A DNA stretch of 63,234 bases, the filler included, from an uncultured Thermoplasmatales archaeon (GTDB lineage Archaea; Thermoplasmatota; E2; DHVEG-1): the NCBI GenBank assembly GCA_964517155.1. It is 3 parts of 3 records of this genome, joined end to end, with 100 filler letters (N's around TTAATTAATTAA, not from the genome) between each part and the next. Parts side by side here need not be neighbours in the genome. Positions count along the whole stretch, not along the records: positions 22,978 to 53,718 come from CAZFAZ010000019.1; 2 more parts are not named here. The stretch is one strand, 5' to 3'. Below, one piece after another: positions 27,529 to 37,879 of this stretch. The position numbers and the translations under genes were made by a program. The stretch's first letter is position 1. Each line of letters starts with the position of its first letter. The notes beneath the pieces were generated by a model, which was given only the letters and a program-made list of their open reading frames with translations, searched no databases and was not told where the DNA came from.

Positions 27529-28659
27529 TTAGGTTACAATTTCTTTAAGTCCATCTTTCTCTATTGCTTTCTTTATTTCCATAGCAATTCTTTCACCATA
27601 AGAAATACTATCACCATAAAGATATCCACTGTGTGGCGTAAAACGAGTAAGAGGACTCCCAGGTATCCTCATTGAAACATCAAATACAACCATTTCTTCT
27701 TTGCCTTTATCGGCAGCTATTGCACCCTGGAGGGCAAAAGGACCAATTATCCCTGGTGGCACTTCCTTTTGTGTTACTTTTACAAATTTTTCACCAAGTT
27801 CAAAGATTTTTTCAATTATTGATTCTTTGGTTGTCGCTGCAATATGACCTGTTTCAATCATCTTAGGTTTAAGATATTTTAAAACCTCTAGTTGCTCATC
27901 AGCGGGAAGTCGGATAAGCCCATCTAAATTAGTCTGCCTTCTTGTATCTGTTCCCATAAGTTCTAATTCTTTGTTTATAACGCTGTAAAAATAGTTAAAA
28001 TTAATCTGAGCGCCAACAATGTATTCTTCAATTACAGCTTTAGATAGTGCTTCTTTAGTAATCATTTTTTTCTTAAGCATTTCTTCAGATTTTTTCTTAT
28101 AATCCTGAAAGCTTGTTGCATAAAAAAACGCGCGCTCGTATCCTCTTATTGCCTCGTTTACTTTTACAATTACAAGTTTATCTATATCTTTTGGGCTTTT
28201 GTATATATTTGGAAATCTAATTCCTGCTTTTTCTAGTAAATAATACTGGTTTTTTGGAACATCTCGCTCCTCTAGTTTTACCATGCCCCTAGTACCATAA
28301 ATTGGAACTAAAAAATTATTTTCTATATCCTTAAAATCAAAATAAACCCAGAAATAACGATTATGAATAAAAATTGTATTTTTATTTCTTAATTCTTCCT
28401 GTACTTTTGGTTTTGTTATATCTGAGAATTTATCAAGAACAATGGTTTCATCAATACAACCTCTGCCATCTTTTCGGGTTTTGTAATATTTAGTATAAGT
28501 TTTTTCACGACCTTTCTGACATACTGCAAGAGTTTTAAACCCGTATTTTTTTGCACCACGACATACATCAAGGCCCGAGTGCCCCCCTAAAACTCCAATC
28601 GTAATGTTTTTTTTGTCATAAGAATCGACTATTTTTTGGATATCTTTTATTTTAATCAT
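27529..28659 (-). CDS. purP: PurP-family ATP-grasp enzyme (FAICAR synthetase-like)
   Basis: LGGHSGLDV..GAK..GF, LLEKAGI, PPGIIGPFALQ, ERIAMEIK. Confidence 0.85.
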   Translation of the reverse strand: MIKIKDIQKIVDSYDKKNITIGVLGGHSGLDVCRGAKKYGFKTLAVCQKGREKTYTKYYKTRKDGRGCIDETIVLDKFSDITKPKVQEELRNKNTIFIHNRYFWVYFDFKDIENNFLVPIYGTRGMVKLEERDVPKNQYYLLEKAGIRFPNIYKSPKDIDKLVIVKVNEAIRGYERAFFYATSFQDYKKKSEEMLKKKMITKEALSKAVIEEYIVGAQINFNYFYSVINKELELMGTDTRRQTNLDGLIRLPADEQLEVLKYLKPKMIETGHIAATTKESIIEKIFELGEKFVKVTQKEVPPGIIGPFALQGAIAADKGKEEMVVFDVSMRIPGSPLTRFTPHSGYLYGDSISYGERIAMEIKKAIEKDGLKEIVT

Positions 28660-28732
28660 ATAAGGAATTTCCTCCCCTAATACTACAAAAAGGATAATAG
28701 TTAAAGGTTTTTTTAATTTGTTAAAACTTTTA

Positions 28733-30616
28733 TCATTTAAACTTAGGTCTTTTTGAAAGGTACAAATTCATTGGAAGCGGCTCCTGAGGATACGTTTTAG
28801 TTTTATCTGAAACTAAATTATACAACTCTTTAAGAGAATAAACTTTTTTATCATCTCCAAGTTCTTTAACTCTGAATCTTGGGTTAAATTTTTTGCTTTC
28901 TTTTTCTTTTTCACCAACAACAATGATTATTGGGGTCCACTCTTTTTCTGCGTCTCTAATCTTTTTGCCTACACTTTCTTCCCGGTCATCAATATCTGCA
29001 CGAACAAACTGATATTCAGAAAATTTGTTTAAATCATTTACATACTCTTCACAGTCTTTTACAAACTCATCTGCAACTGGAATAAAACGAATTTGAGCAG
29101 GTGAAAGCCAAAGAGGAATCATAGGCTTTTCTCCTTTATTCATCTTCCTTGCTTCTTTTTCCAAAAGCGCATAAATTACTCGTTCAACAGCACCAGAAGG
29201 ACTGCAATGAAGAATCAAAGGATGCTTTAATGTTCCATTTTTATCTGTAAATTTGATATCATATCTCTCACCGTTTTCAATATCAATTTGATCGGTGCTA
29301 AGTGCAGATGCTTTATCAGATGTATCGACAAAATTAAACTCAAATTTTAAAACAAAATAAAAAATACGCTCATCCCACATCTCAACAAGTATCGGTTTTC
29401 CAAGTTTTTTAACCAAATCAACAATAAACTCTTTGTTTTCTTTATAAAAATCTTTAGTAGTCCTCAGAGCCATCTCAATATCTGAATTTTCTATACCGAT
29501 ATTTTGTAAAACTGAAAGACTTAAATCAAATCTAACTTTAAACTCATCCATAGCCATATCAATATCTGAAACAAGTGCATGAACATCAGGCATAGTAAAT
29601 GCACGAAGCCTGCGAAGACCAGTAAGCTCACCAGATTGCTCACGTCTGAAAGAATACCTTGTCATCTCATATATCTTAAGAGGTAAATTTTTATAGCTAA
29701 TTGTTGCATCGTGAGCCATTAAGAATTGACCGAAACACGCAGCAAACCTTAAGAAAAAACTTCTTTTATCAGATTCAATCTGATATTGTCTTGCAGGAAA
29801 CCTCTGTAAATATTTTGAAAGTGTCGGATGATCCATATCATACATAATAGGGGTTTCTACCTCAAGACCGCCATAATCAACAACCCTTCTTGTAACATAC
29901 TGCTCAAGTAATTTTTTAATAAATCTACCCTTAGGATAAAACCGCATGTTTCCCCCGTCAGATGCAGGCTCATAATCTGCGATTTCTAGTTTCTTCATAA
30001 GGGTTACATGGGCAGGCTCACCTTTTACAGCTCGCGATTTTTCTTTTTCATAAAAGGAAAATTTCTTTAAGTTTTCATAGCCTTTAAAATCAAATTTATT
30101 AATATCATATAGCGTTCCATCTTGGGTAAGTATATGCCAATAAGAAGAAAGTTTTCTTTCTTTTTTTAGTGATTCATTTTCGTCTTCTTCTTTTTTACCA
30201 GGACTGATTTCACGGGATAATTCTGATAATGGATGACCTTTACAAGAAATCTTAAATGCTTTATACCATCCAAATGGTGAGCGTTTAACATTATAGTTTT
30301 TTTGAGAAAGTTCATACTCAATTTGAATTAAGATTTCTTGTGCTTTTTTAGGGCCTGCTAAATCTGATGATAAATGGGCATAAGGATAAAGCATTATGTT
30401 TTTGACTTTTAATTGATCTGCAGTTTTAATTATTTCTTCTACTGCTTGTTTTACTGCATCAGTTGGTGATTTTTCATCTACTTTTTCAATTGCAGTAAAA
30501 ACAGTTAATGCTTCTTCAAAACGATCATGCTTTTTAATTATTTCTTCAGGTGTTTTGATTGCCTTATCTTTTACTTCGTATTCAATATAATCGCTATGTA
30601 TCAACAATAGTTTCAT
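28733..30616 (-). CDS. thrS: Threonyl-tRNA synthetase, archaeal type
   Basis: MKLLLIHSDY, YPYAHLS, PFGWYKAF editing domain; FRREQSGEL, HCSPSG. Confidence 0.97.
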   Translation of the reverse strand: MKLLLIHSDYIEYEVKDKAIKTPEEIIKKHDRFEEALTVFTAIEKVDEKSPTDAVKQAVEEIIKTADQLKVKNIMLYPYAHLSSDLAGPKKAQEILIQIEYELSQKNYNVKRSPFGWYKAFKISCKGHPLSELSREISPGKKEEDENESLKKERKLSSYWHILTQDGTLYDINKFDFKGYENLKKFSFYEKEKSRAVKGEPAHVTLMKKLEIADYEPASDGGNMRFYPKGRFIKKLLEQYVTRRVVDYGGLEVETPIMYDMDHPTLSKYLQRFPARQYQIESDKRSFFLRFAACFGQFLMAHDATISYKNLPLKIYEMTRYSFRREQSGELTGLRRLRAFTMPDVHALVSDIDMAMDEFKVRFDLSLSVLQNIGIENSDIEMALRTTKDFYKENKEFIVDLVKKLGKPILVEMWDERIFYFVLKFEFNFVDTSDKASALSTDQIDIENGERYDIKFTDKNGTLKHPLILHCSPSGAVERVIYALLEKEARKMNKGEKPMIPLWLSPAQIRFIPVADEFVKDCEEYVNDLNKFSEYQFVRADIDDREESVGKKIRDAEKEWTPIIIVVGEKEKESKKFNPRFRVKELGDDKKVYSLKELYNLVSDKTKTYPQEPLPMNLYLSKRPKFK

Positions 30617-30667
30617 AACATATCAAACCCTGTAAAACAAATTATTGTTATTAAAGATAATGATTAA

Positions 30668-30748
30668 TGGGGGAGGCGGCGGAGGTGTTAAACACCGACC
30701 GTAAAAAAACTTAAATTGAATTTCTTTGCAATCCCATCTCTCCGCCTG
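30668..30748 (-). other. GC-rich, potentially structured intergenic element containing an 8-codon mini-ORF
   Basis: GGCGGAG/CTCCGCC inverted repeat, GGTGT-TTA-ACACC hairpin, mini-ORF MGLQRNSI (30711-30737) followed by a T7 tract. Confidence 0.35.
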
Positions 30749-30830
30749 AGACGTATAATATAATAAACAATATAAAACAGTTTCGGAAAAAAATTTTCTC
30801 CATGGATATCTGGAGGGAGAATTGAAAAGT

Positions 30831-31211
30831 TTAAATCAAATTTTTGTATGATTTTGAGTCAAGAAGTTTGTTTATTTCTGATTTATCTTCAACTTCTAGT
30901 TCAACAAGCCATCCTTCATCATATGGACTGCTGTTTACGGTTTCAGGAGAATCATCTAGTTTATCATTTACTTTTATTATTTTACCGCTTACCGGTGAAT
31001 ATATCTCTGAAACAGATTTTACTGATTCGACAACACAGAGCTCATCGCCTTTTTTAACTGTTTTTCCAACTTCTGGAAGCTCAACAAAAACAATATCTGT
31101 AAGCTCTGATTGTGCATGATCTGTAATTCCAACAACTGCTTTGTTGTCTTTTACTTTAAGCCATTCATGAGTTTGGGTATATTTTAAATCATCACGTATT
31201 TCATCACTCAT
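30831..31211 (-). CDS. gcvH: Glycine cleavage H protein
   Basis: HEW, GITDHAQ, lipoyl motif VESVKSV, SPYDEGWL. Confidence 0.96.
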   Translation of the reverse strand: MSDEIRDDLKYTQTHEWLKVKDNKAVVGITDHAQSELTDIVFVELPEVGKTVKKGDELCVVESVKSVSEIYSPVSGKIIKVNDKLDDSPETVNSSPYDEGWLVELEVEDKSEINKLLDSKSYKNLI

Positions 31212-31262
31212 ATCAATCAATTTCAGGTATTTTACTTGATTTTATAAATATTTGGTAAAAAC

Positions 31263-32369
31263 TTAGTTTTTATCAGACCAATCTTTTGGAACAAAGGGTG
31301 GTTTTACGACTTTTGCTTTCACAGGCTTATCTCTAATAATTATATCTAAGATGCTGTCTTTCTCACGAAAATCAGGTTTTACATATCCCATTGCAATACC
31401 TACATTTAAGCAAGGAGAAAGTGTACCGCTTGTAACTTTTCCAACTTTTTTACCGTCTTTATGAATCTCGCAGCCATGGCGAGGAATGCCTTTATCCTGG
31501 CAAGATAAACAAGTAATTCTTTCAAAATCACCTTTTTCTTTCTGTTTTAAAAGTGCTTCTTTTCCGATAAAATCATGATCCCAGTTAATAGTCCAACCCA
31601 TAGTTGCCTCAAGTGGTGTTCGTCCGCCTTCAAATTCGTTTCCAGCAAGCATAAAGCATTTCTCAAGTCTGAGCGTATCACGAGCACCAAGACCAATAGG
31701 TTTAATTTCAAATTCTTTTCCTGCTTCAAGTATCTTTTTAAAAACATTTTCTGCTTTTTTAGCAGGTGTAATATGTAGCTCAAATCCAAGCTCTCCGGTA
31801 TAACCAGTATGCGCAATAATACAGTTTACACCTGAGATATCAATATATTGACAACCAAAAAAACCTATTGTTTTCAGATCAGTATCAGTTAATTTCTGAA
31901 GTGTATCACGGGCTTTTGGACCTTGTATTGCAAGTATTACATATTCATGTGAAACGTTTTCTACAGTTGCGCAAATATTGTGCTCATCTGCAGCTTTATT
32001 AAGCCAATCTGTAACAATTTCTGCCATACCTGCATTTGGAATCATCATATAGCGATCATCTAAATGCATGAAAATTGTATCATCAATTATTGTTCCATCT
32101 TTTTTAAGAATCGCTGTATATTGACTTTTTTTATCAGGAATACGTGATGCATCCTCAACTGTTGTAAGACTGATTAGTTCTTGTGCACCTTTTCCAGTTA
32201 TCCAAATATTGCTCATATGAGAAACATCAAAGAGTCCGACATTTTTTCTAACTGCTAAATGCTCATATTTAATTGAACTGTATTGAATAGGCATTTCAAA
32301 GCCGGCAAACTCTGTAAATTTTGCTCCAAAAGCTTTATGAATATCATGCAAAGGTGATTTCAAAGTCAT
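31263..32369 (-). CDS. gcvT: Glycine cleavage T protein (aminomethyltransferase)
   Basis: GLFDVSHM, TGYTGELGFE, GLGARDTLRLE; likely start MTLKSPLH. Confidence 0.95.
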   Translation of the reverse strand: MTLKSPLHDIHKAFGAKFTEFAGFEMPIQYSSIKYEHLAVRKNVGLFDVSHMSNIWITGKGAQELISLTTVEDASRIPDKKSQYTAILKKDGTIIDDTIFMHLDDRYMMIPNAGMAEIVTDWLNKAADEHNICATVENVSHEYVILAIQGPKARDTLQKLTDTDLKTIGFFGCQYIDISGVNCIIAHTGYTGELGFELHITPAKKAENVFKKILEAGKEFEIKPIGLGARDTLRLEKCFMLAGNEFEGGRTPLEATMGWTINWDHDFIGKEALLKQKEKGDFERITCLSCQDKGIPRHGCEIHKDGKKVGKVTSGTLSPCLNVGIAMGYVKPDFREKDSILDIIIRDKPVKAKVVKPPFVPKDWSDKN

Positions 32370-32461
32370 AAGATAAAACCCCAGAGTGAATACAAATTGA
32401 TATAGTTTAACGTTTCGACAAAATACATTTATCAAATACTAACATATAACCCCCAATTATA

Positions 32462-33127
32462 ATGAAACAAACCAAGATACCATATGTATATCAAGATAAA
32501 AAACAACTTTTTACAGAAAATCCAAAAGAATCCAAAGGTGTAAAAGTATACGCAGAAAGAATAATTAAAAACAAAAACAAAGAACTACGCTCATGGAATC
32601 CATATAGAAGTAAGCTTGCAGCAGCAATACTAAGAGGATTAGAAATTGAAATCAAAAAGGATTATAATGTTTTGTATCTGGGTGCTGCAACAGGCACAAC
32701 AGTAAGTCATATATCAGATATCACACAAGAAGGAAAAATATATGCTGTAGAAAACTCACCTGTTTCAATGAAAAAATTAATTGCTGTTTGCGAAAAAAGA
32801 ATAAACATAATACCAATACTAAATGATGCATTTCATCCTGACAGATACTCAAATATTCTACCAAATAATGTTGATTTAATATATCAAGATATATCGCAGA
32901 GGAATCAAGCAGAAATTTTTTTAGAAAACATAAAAAGATATCTCAAAAAAGAGGGATCTGCAATAATAATGGTAAAAGCAAGAAGTATTGATGTTGCAAT
33001 GAAACCAAAAGTAGCATACGAAAAAGTATGTAACTACTTAGAAGAAAATGATTTAACTATAAAACAAGTCTTTGAGCTGGAACCTTATGAAAAAGATCAT
33101 GCAGCGATACTTGTTTCAAAAATATAA
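32462..33127 (+). CDS. flpA: Fibrillarin-like rRNA/tRNA 2'-O-methyltransferase
   Basis: WNPYRSKLAAAI, VLYLGAATGTTVSH, KARSID, LEPYEKDH. Confidence 0.96.
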   Translation: MKQTKIPYVYQDKKQLFTENPKESKGVKVYAERIIKNKNKELRSWNPYRSKLAAAILRGLEIEIKKDYNVLYLGAATGTTVSHISDITQEGKIYAVENSPVSMKKLIAVCEKRINIIPILNDAFHPDRYSNILPNNVDLIYQDISQRNQAEIFLENIKRYLKKEGSAIIMVKARSIDVAMKPKVAYEKVCNYLEENDLTIKQVFELEPYEKDHAAILVSKI

Positions 33128-33144
33128 AAGGAAAACAACTATTT

Positions 33145-33795
33145 ATGTCTGAAGAAAAAAAAACAAATAAATTACTAAAAATTGCAGAGTTTTTCATACC
33201 AATAATATTAGGTTTATCAGTTTATGGATTAATAGGCATGATTCTTGAAGAAAACATGAGATTCAAATATTGGTCTTTAATATCTGCATACTTCTTCCCA
33301 CCACTTGGAAAAGAAAGCGTAATACCCACTGGAGTAGGCTTAGGAATCGAACCTTTGCTCATGGCTTTATCAATTGCTTTTGTAGACATAGTAGTTGCAC
33401 TTTTTCTTTTATGGAACTATGACCTTGCAAAAAAGATACCTTTAATTGGTAAATTCATTGAAAAAATTGAAAATATCGGGAAAAACAGCTCTAACAAATA
33501 TGGTTGGATTAAACCACTTAGATTCATAGGAATAATACTATTTGTAATGGTACCCTTTCAGGGAAGCGGAGGCTTAGTAGGATCCATTATCGGACGTTTA
33601 ATCGGCATGAAGCCAGTCAATACTTTTCTTGCGATATCAATCGGTGCAATACTGGGCTGCACTTTAATTGCTTATTTTGCAGATGCAATACTTTCTGTTT
33701 TTGTAACAAACTTCTTACAAGGTCTGCTTATTTTGATAATACTTATAGTTATTGGAATAATGATTTACATCTATAAGAAAAACCATAAAAAATGA
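33145..33795 (+). CDS. Small multidrug-export-like membrane protein (COG2426-like)
   Basis: PPLGKESVIP, LFVMVPFQGSGG, several TM helices. Confidence 0.7.
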   Translation: MSEEKKTNKLLKIAEFFIPIILGLSVYGLIGMILEENMRFKYWSLISAYFFPPLGKESVIPTGVGLGIEPLLMALSIAFVDIVVALFLLWNYDLAKKIPLIGKFIEKIENIGKNSSNKYGWIKPLRFIGIILFVMVPFQGSGGLVGSIIGRLIGMKPVNTFLAISIGAILGCTLIAYFADAILSVFVTNFLQGLLILIILIVIGIMIYIYKKNHKK

Positions 33796-33889
33796 TAATA
33801 AGTGTACAATAACATCTTTATACCATTTTTAATTAATATATTATATTAAAAAGCTATATAATTAATAGAAAACCGGAGGATTTTACCGA

Positions 33890-36800
33890 TTGACATATAA
33901 AAAAATATTAACATTAATATTATTATTTTTCATGATAAGTATAGTTTTAACACCAGCCGGCGTACTTGCTGAAGAAGATTCTCCAGGGTACCAAAAGTTT
34001 TCATCTTGGGCTCATCACCAAGAAATAAAAATACTATACAATACAAAATCTCAAGACGCAAAATTTCAACCGGTCGATATATTTGTTAAATTTGATAACA
34101 TTTGTTGGGCTAAAGATACAATTCATCACTCAATACGCGTGGTTTATCAAAATAAAGGTTCATTTAAAGAATTAGAATCACAAATATATGATTTAAATTA
34201 TCACAGTGAAAATATTATAAGTTCATGTAATTTAGTTTTTTTAATACCTGAAGATGCCGATGGAAATGAAAAATATTTTATTTATTACGACGAAGACGAA
34301 AAAGGAAAAGTAGGATATGTAGACCGTGTAAGTATTGAGGAATCATATTATAGATATGAGCCAGTTCAAGGCTTGTTTCTTGAATCATGGTATTACGCGG
34401 TAAAAAATGAAGAGTTTATTGTTTATGCTGTATCACAGAAAGGTGAAACATTAAACTCACCTATTTCTCAACAACTGTTAAAACTTAAAAGTGGAGCAAA
34501 AACTGTTCAACCTGATTTATGCGAGCAAGCGATCTCTTTTGACATGAGTTATTGGTGGTTTAAAGACAGTAAATGGAATTATATTTCTACATCTGAAAAA
34601 CTTGTTACAAAAAAAATAATTTCAGATGGAAATTTAATGGTTAAATTTGCTGTAATTAGCCAATCCTTAGATGAATCACTGCAATCAACTGTATACTATA
34701 CTTATTATTATTCACCACTTGAAGAAAAAAATATTTATACTAACGTAAAACATGAGGTTTTAAAGCATCCTTTGCCAAAAGGAGATGAAATAGATGTTTC
34801 TTTTGCTGTTTTTAACAGTGGTGTTTTAAAAAGTAGTAAAATTAAAGAGTTAAACTTTGGCAGTATACCACCATATCTACATTTTTATAGTAAAGAAAAT
34901 CGCATTATTGCTCATGAAGTAGATACCAATCCTGAAAACGTTGATTGGCAAACAGTTATTAGTAAACAAGATGACTATAATCTAGGTAGTTTTCCATGGG
35001 CATCGATTGATTATGGTGAAAAAGGTCCAGCATATGGGCTTATATTTGATTCTGTCGATGTTGTTAAATCAGGTGAGGGTGAACCTGATGGAATCTCAAT
35101 ACAGCTTTTCCAGTCAAACAGCATAAAGCTACCAGGAATAAAAGGATGTTTTTCTCAGCTTTATTTTATGAGAAATGATTTTGAAAAAAATAAAAAAGGA
35201 GATACCGATATTGCAAAAAATTATGTTGTAAGTTTTAATGCAAATTTTTTCTCAACTTATAAAGATGGTTTTAAAGCAGTCGAAAAAAAAGCAGGTTTGT
35301 ATAACTCTTTTTTAGAGCAACAACCTGAGGACAACAAAGAATTAGATGACAGCGAAGATATAGAAAGTGAAGAATATAAACTAGATGTTTATACTCATTT
35401 ACCTGCATCTTTATTTCTAAATTTGGCCGGCTCAAAATTTTTATTTGAAAATTCTTATGTGCGCGTAGAAATCTATAGCCATGGAGTTCTTAAAGGATTT
35501 ACAAGATCCGGACGTATTAGACTTACTCAAGATTATTGGATTGACTTAAGAAATATTTCTTTTTTCAAAAAAGCCACTTTTCCAAACCAAAGCCCGGGAG
35601 TATATGTTGTTAAGGTGTATCTTGAGAATTTGTATTTTTCTGAAAGAAAATTTATTGGTTATAGTATAGTTGATTTAAAAGAAGATACAAAAATACATCT
35701 TGTTTGTAAACCAGATTGCAACATAGAGTTAAACGTAGTTGATCAAAATAATAATGGCATTAAAGATGTTGAATTAGAAGTTTTAAGTCAGGATGTTATA
35801 ATTCTAAAAACATATAGTGATTCTAATGGACTTATTTCTTTTAGCCTACCGCATTGCATCAAAGAAGAATATCAGATTAGATTAGTTTATAAAGGTTTTT
35901 TAATTGCTCAAGAAAAAATAAAAACTAGTTTTTTAAATACTTTTTTAAGCTATAAAAAAACTTTTAATGTTAGCCTTTATGATTTTTCAGTTGAAATTAA
36001 AAATAAAGCAGAATCAAATGTTGTTTTTGATGTTAGTCTAAACAGTGAAAATATGTTTAATCAGTTTTTTATTAAACCAGATAGTGTTTCAAATAATATT
36101 TATCTTTTTACAGGTTTACCTGCATCAGATTATGATTTAATAATAAAATATGATTATTTAGAATTTAAAGAAAAAGTTAGTATTCCTAAACAAAATAATA
36201 AAAAGATAAATCTTTATGATATAAAAATTAAAATAGAAGATTTATGTGGTCTTACTCCGCATGCAGATATAAATATTGTTTTAACATGTATTGATTTTGA
36301 AGAAAATATCGATTTTCATGGTTCATTTATTTCAAATGATGAATATGGCTTTTCGCATATTTATCCAGGGAATTATTCTTTAAAAATTTATTATAAATCA
36401 TATTTATTTGAAGAGCCTTTTGGGATTAATAATGAAAATGATTTTACTAAAACTATTGTCTTACCAATAATATACAATGTATCTATCAATTTTTATGATT
36501 CATGTGGGGGAGATCTTTCAAACGGAATAATGATCTTAAATAGAGAGGGTGAAAACATAAGCAAAAATATAGGTAGCAATGCTAGTGTTTTGTTTAGTGT
36601 TCCTCCTGGAATTTATAACATAGAAATTTATGATGATGAAAATTTAATTGCTAAAAGAAAAATTGATGTTTTAAATGATAAAAATATTGATATTGTTACA
36701 AATAAAATTTCTAGTTTTTTAATTATTTATTCTGTGTTTTTAATTGTGTTTTTATTAGGTTTTAGTATATTGTGTCTAAAAAATAAAAACTATAAAAATT

Positions 36801-37348
36801 TATTAAAAATAATAGTTATTTTTCTAGCATTAATAAGCATTGTTTTACCTTGGTGGTCTATTAATTGTGCATCTAACGATGTAGATGTTAAAACTTCTAC
36901 TAATCTTTATATTAACACCGCAAGCATCATTACTTTAACTGAGACAAAAAATGTTTCTGCAGGATATTTTTCAACGTCAAACGAATTATTTGTTTCAGCA
37001 ATAGATATTGTCGTGTTATTGATTTATGCTGGTGTTTTTTTATTTGGTTTAAGTATTTTTTTAAAACATTTCTTAAAAAAGAAAAAACTATCATTTATTT
37101 GTGTTTTATTATCAATTATTATATTTGTATCTAGCACCGGTTTGTTTTTATATTCTATGTCAGAGTTTGCAAATGCAACAGTTGGACGGCTTGTTGGATA
37201 TGGTGATTTAAATGTTGATATTGTTGGTGAAAACATTTTTGAGCAGGTTTCTTGTAACTGGGGGCTGGGTATCGGGTTTATTGTGTTTGCAGTAGTTTTA
37301 ATTTTATCCTTTTTTGTTTTGTTTTTAGAAAAGAAGGAAAAATATTAA
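33890..37348 (+). CDS. Large surface protein with Ig/carboxypeptidase-regulatory-like repeats and 5 C-terminal TMs
   Basis: Signal peptide, PGxYxxK beta-sandwich motifs, hydrophobic C-terminus; paralog at 1..2406. Confidence 0.75.
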   Translation: MTYKKILTLILLFFMISIVLTPAGVLAEEDSPGYQKFSSWAHHQEIKILYNTKSQDAKFQPVDIFVKFDNICWAKDTIHHSIRVVYQNKGSFKELESQIYDLNYHSENIISSCNLVFLIPEDADGNEKYFIYYDEDEKGKVGYVDRVSIEESYYRYEPVQGLFLESWYYAVKNEEFIVYAVSQKGETLNSPISQQLLKLKSGAKTVQPDLCEQAISFDMSYWWFKDSKWNYISTSEKLVTKKIISDGNLMVKFAVISQSLDESLQSTVYYTYYYSPLEEKNIYTNVKHEVLKHPLPKGDEIDVSFAVFNSGVLKSSKIKELNFGSIPPYLHFYSKENRIIAHEVDTNPENVDWQTVISKQDDYNLGSFPWASIDYGEKGPAYGLIFDSVDVVKSGEGEPDGISIQLFQSNSIKLPGIKGCFSQLYFMRNDFEKNKKGDTDIAKNYVVSFNANFFSTYKDGFKAVEKKAGLYNSFLEQQPEDNKELDDSEDIESEEYKLDVYTHLPASLFLNLAGSKFLFENSYVRVEIYSHGVLKGFTRSGRIRLTQDYWIDLRNISFFKKATFPNQSPGVYVVKVYLENLYFSERKFIGYSIVDLKEDTKIHLVCKPDCNIELNVVDQNNNGIKDVELEVLSQDVIILKTYSDSNGLISFSLPHCIKEEYQIRLVYKGFLIAQEKIKTSFLNTFLSYKKTFNVSLYDFSVEIKNKAESNVVFDVSLNSENMFNQFFIKPDSVSNNIYLFTGLPASDYDLIIKYDYLEFKEKVSIPKQNNKKINLYDIKIKIEDLCGLTPHADINIVLTCIDFEENIDFHGSFISNDEYGFSHIYPGNYSLKIYYKSYLFEEPFGINNENDFTKTIVLPIIYNVSINFYDSCGGDLSNGIMILNREGENISKNIGSNASVLFSVPPGIYNIEIYDDENLIAKRKIDVLNDKNIDIVTNKISSFLIIYSVFLIVFLLGFSILCLKNKNYKNLLKIIVIFLALISIVLPWWSINCASNDVDVKTSTNLYINTASIITLTETKNVSAGYFSTSNELFVSAIDIVVLLIYAGVFLFGLSIFLKHFLKKKKLSFICVLLSIIIFVSSTGLFLYSMSEFANATVGRLVGYGDLNVDIVGENIFEQVSCNWGLGIGFIVFAVVLILSFFVLFLEKKEKY

Positions 37349-37399
37349 TTTTATAATGTTATTTAGTTAATTGGTTTTTAGCGGGACGAGGAGAAAAAA

Positions 37400-37876
37400 A
37401 TGTTTGGCAAACCAAAAACAATCTACGCATTAGTTTTATTATGGGTAGCTCTTGCTGGCATTCTTCTTTTGTGGGGGATTTATTCTTTTGTTACTTTAGT
37501 AGATATTCCTACTTGGTCTTCTGAACCTCCTTCTGATTTCAAAGATGCTTTTGATTCGATACTTCCAATTCTTCATTTTGGTTATCTTTTATCAACTATT
37601 ATTTTCACTGTTTTTTCATTTGTTTTTATAATTCTTGCGTATGGTACTTTAAAAAAGGATCATTGGGTTTGGACAACAGGCCTTATTCTTTCTACGATTT
37701 TTCTTGTAATATTTGGGCTTATGCTTGCAGGTTTTATTATAAATGTTTTAGTATTCAAAGATGATTTTTCAATTATCGGGCTTGTAAGTGTAATTGTTAC
37801 TTTTATTACTAATTTAGGAGTAACATTTTATCTTACAAGACCTGCAACAAAAATATATTTTGAAACAGAAAAATAA
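37400..37876 (+). CDS. Four-TM membrane protein
   Basis: Hydrophobic segments; ends YLTRPATKIYF. Confidence 0.75.
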   Translation: MFGKPKTIYALVLLWVALAGILLLWGIYSFVTLVDIPTWSSEPPSDFKDAFDSILPILHFGYLLSTIIFTVFSFVFIILAYGTLKKDHWVWTTGLILSTIFLVIFGLMLAGFIINVLVFKDDFSIIGLVSVIVTFITNLGVTFYLTRPATKIYFETEK

Positions 37877-37879
37877 CTT

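Noticed and set aside
30668..30748. Possible tRNA (ends in CCA)
   Set aside because: No T-loop GTTC motif and no cloverleaf could be formed
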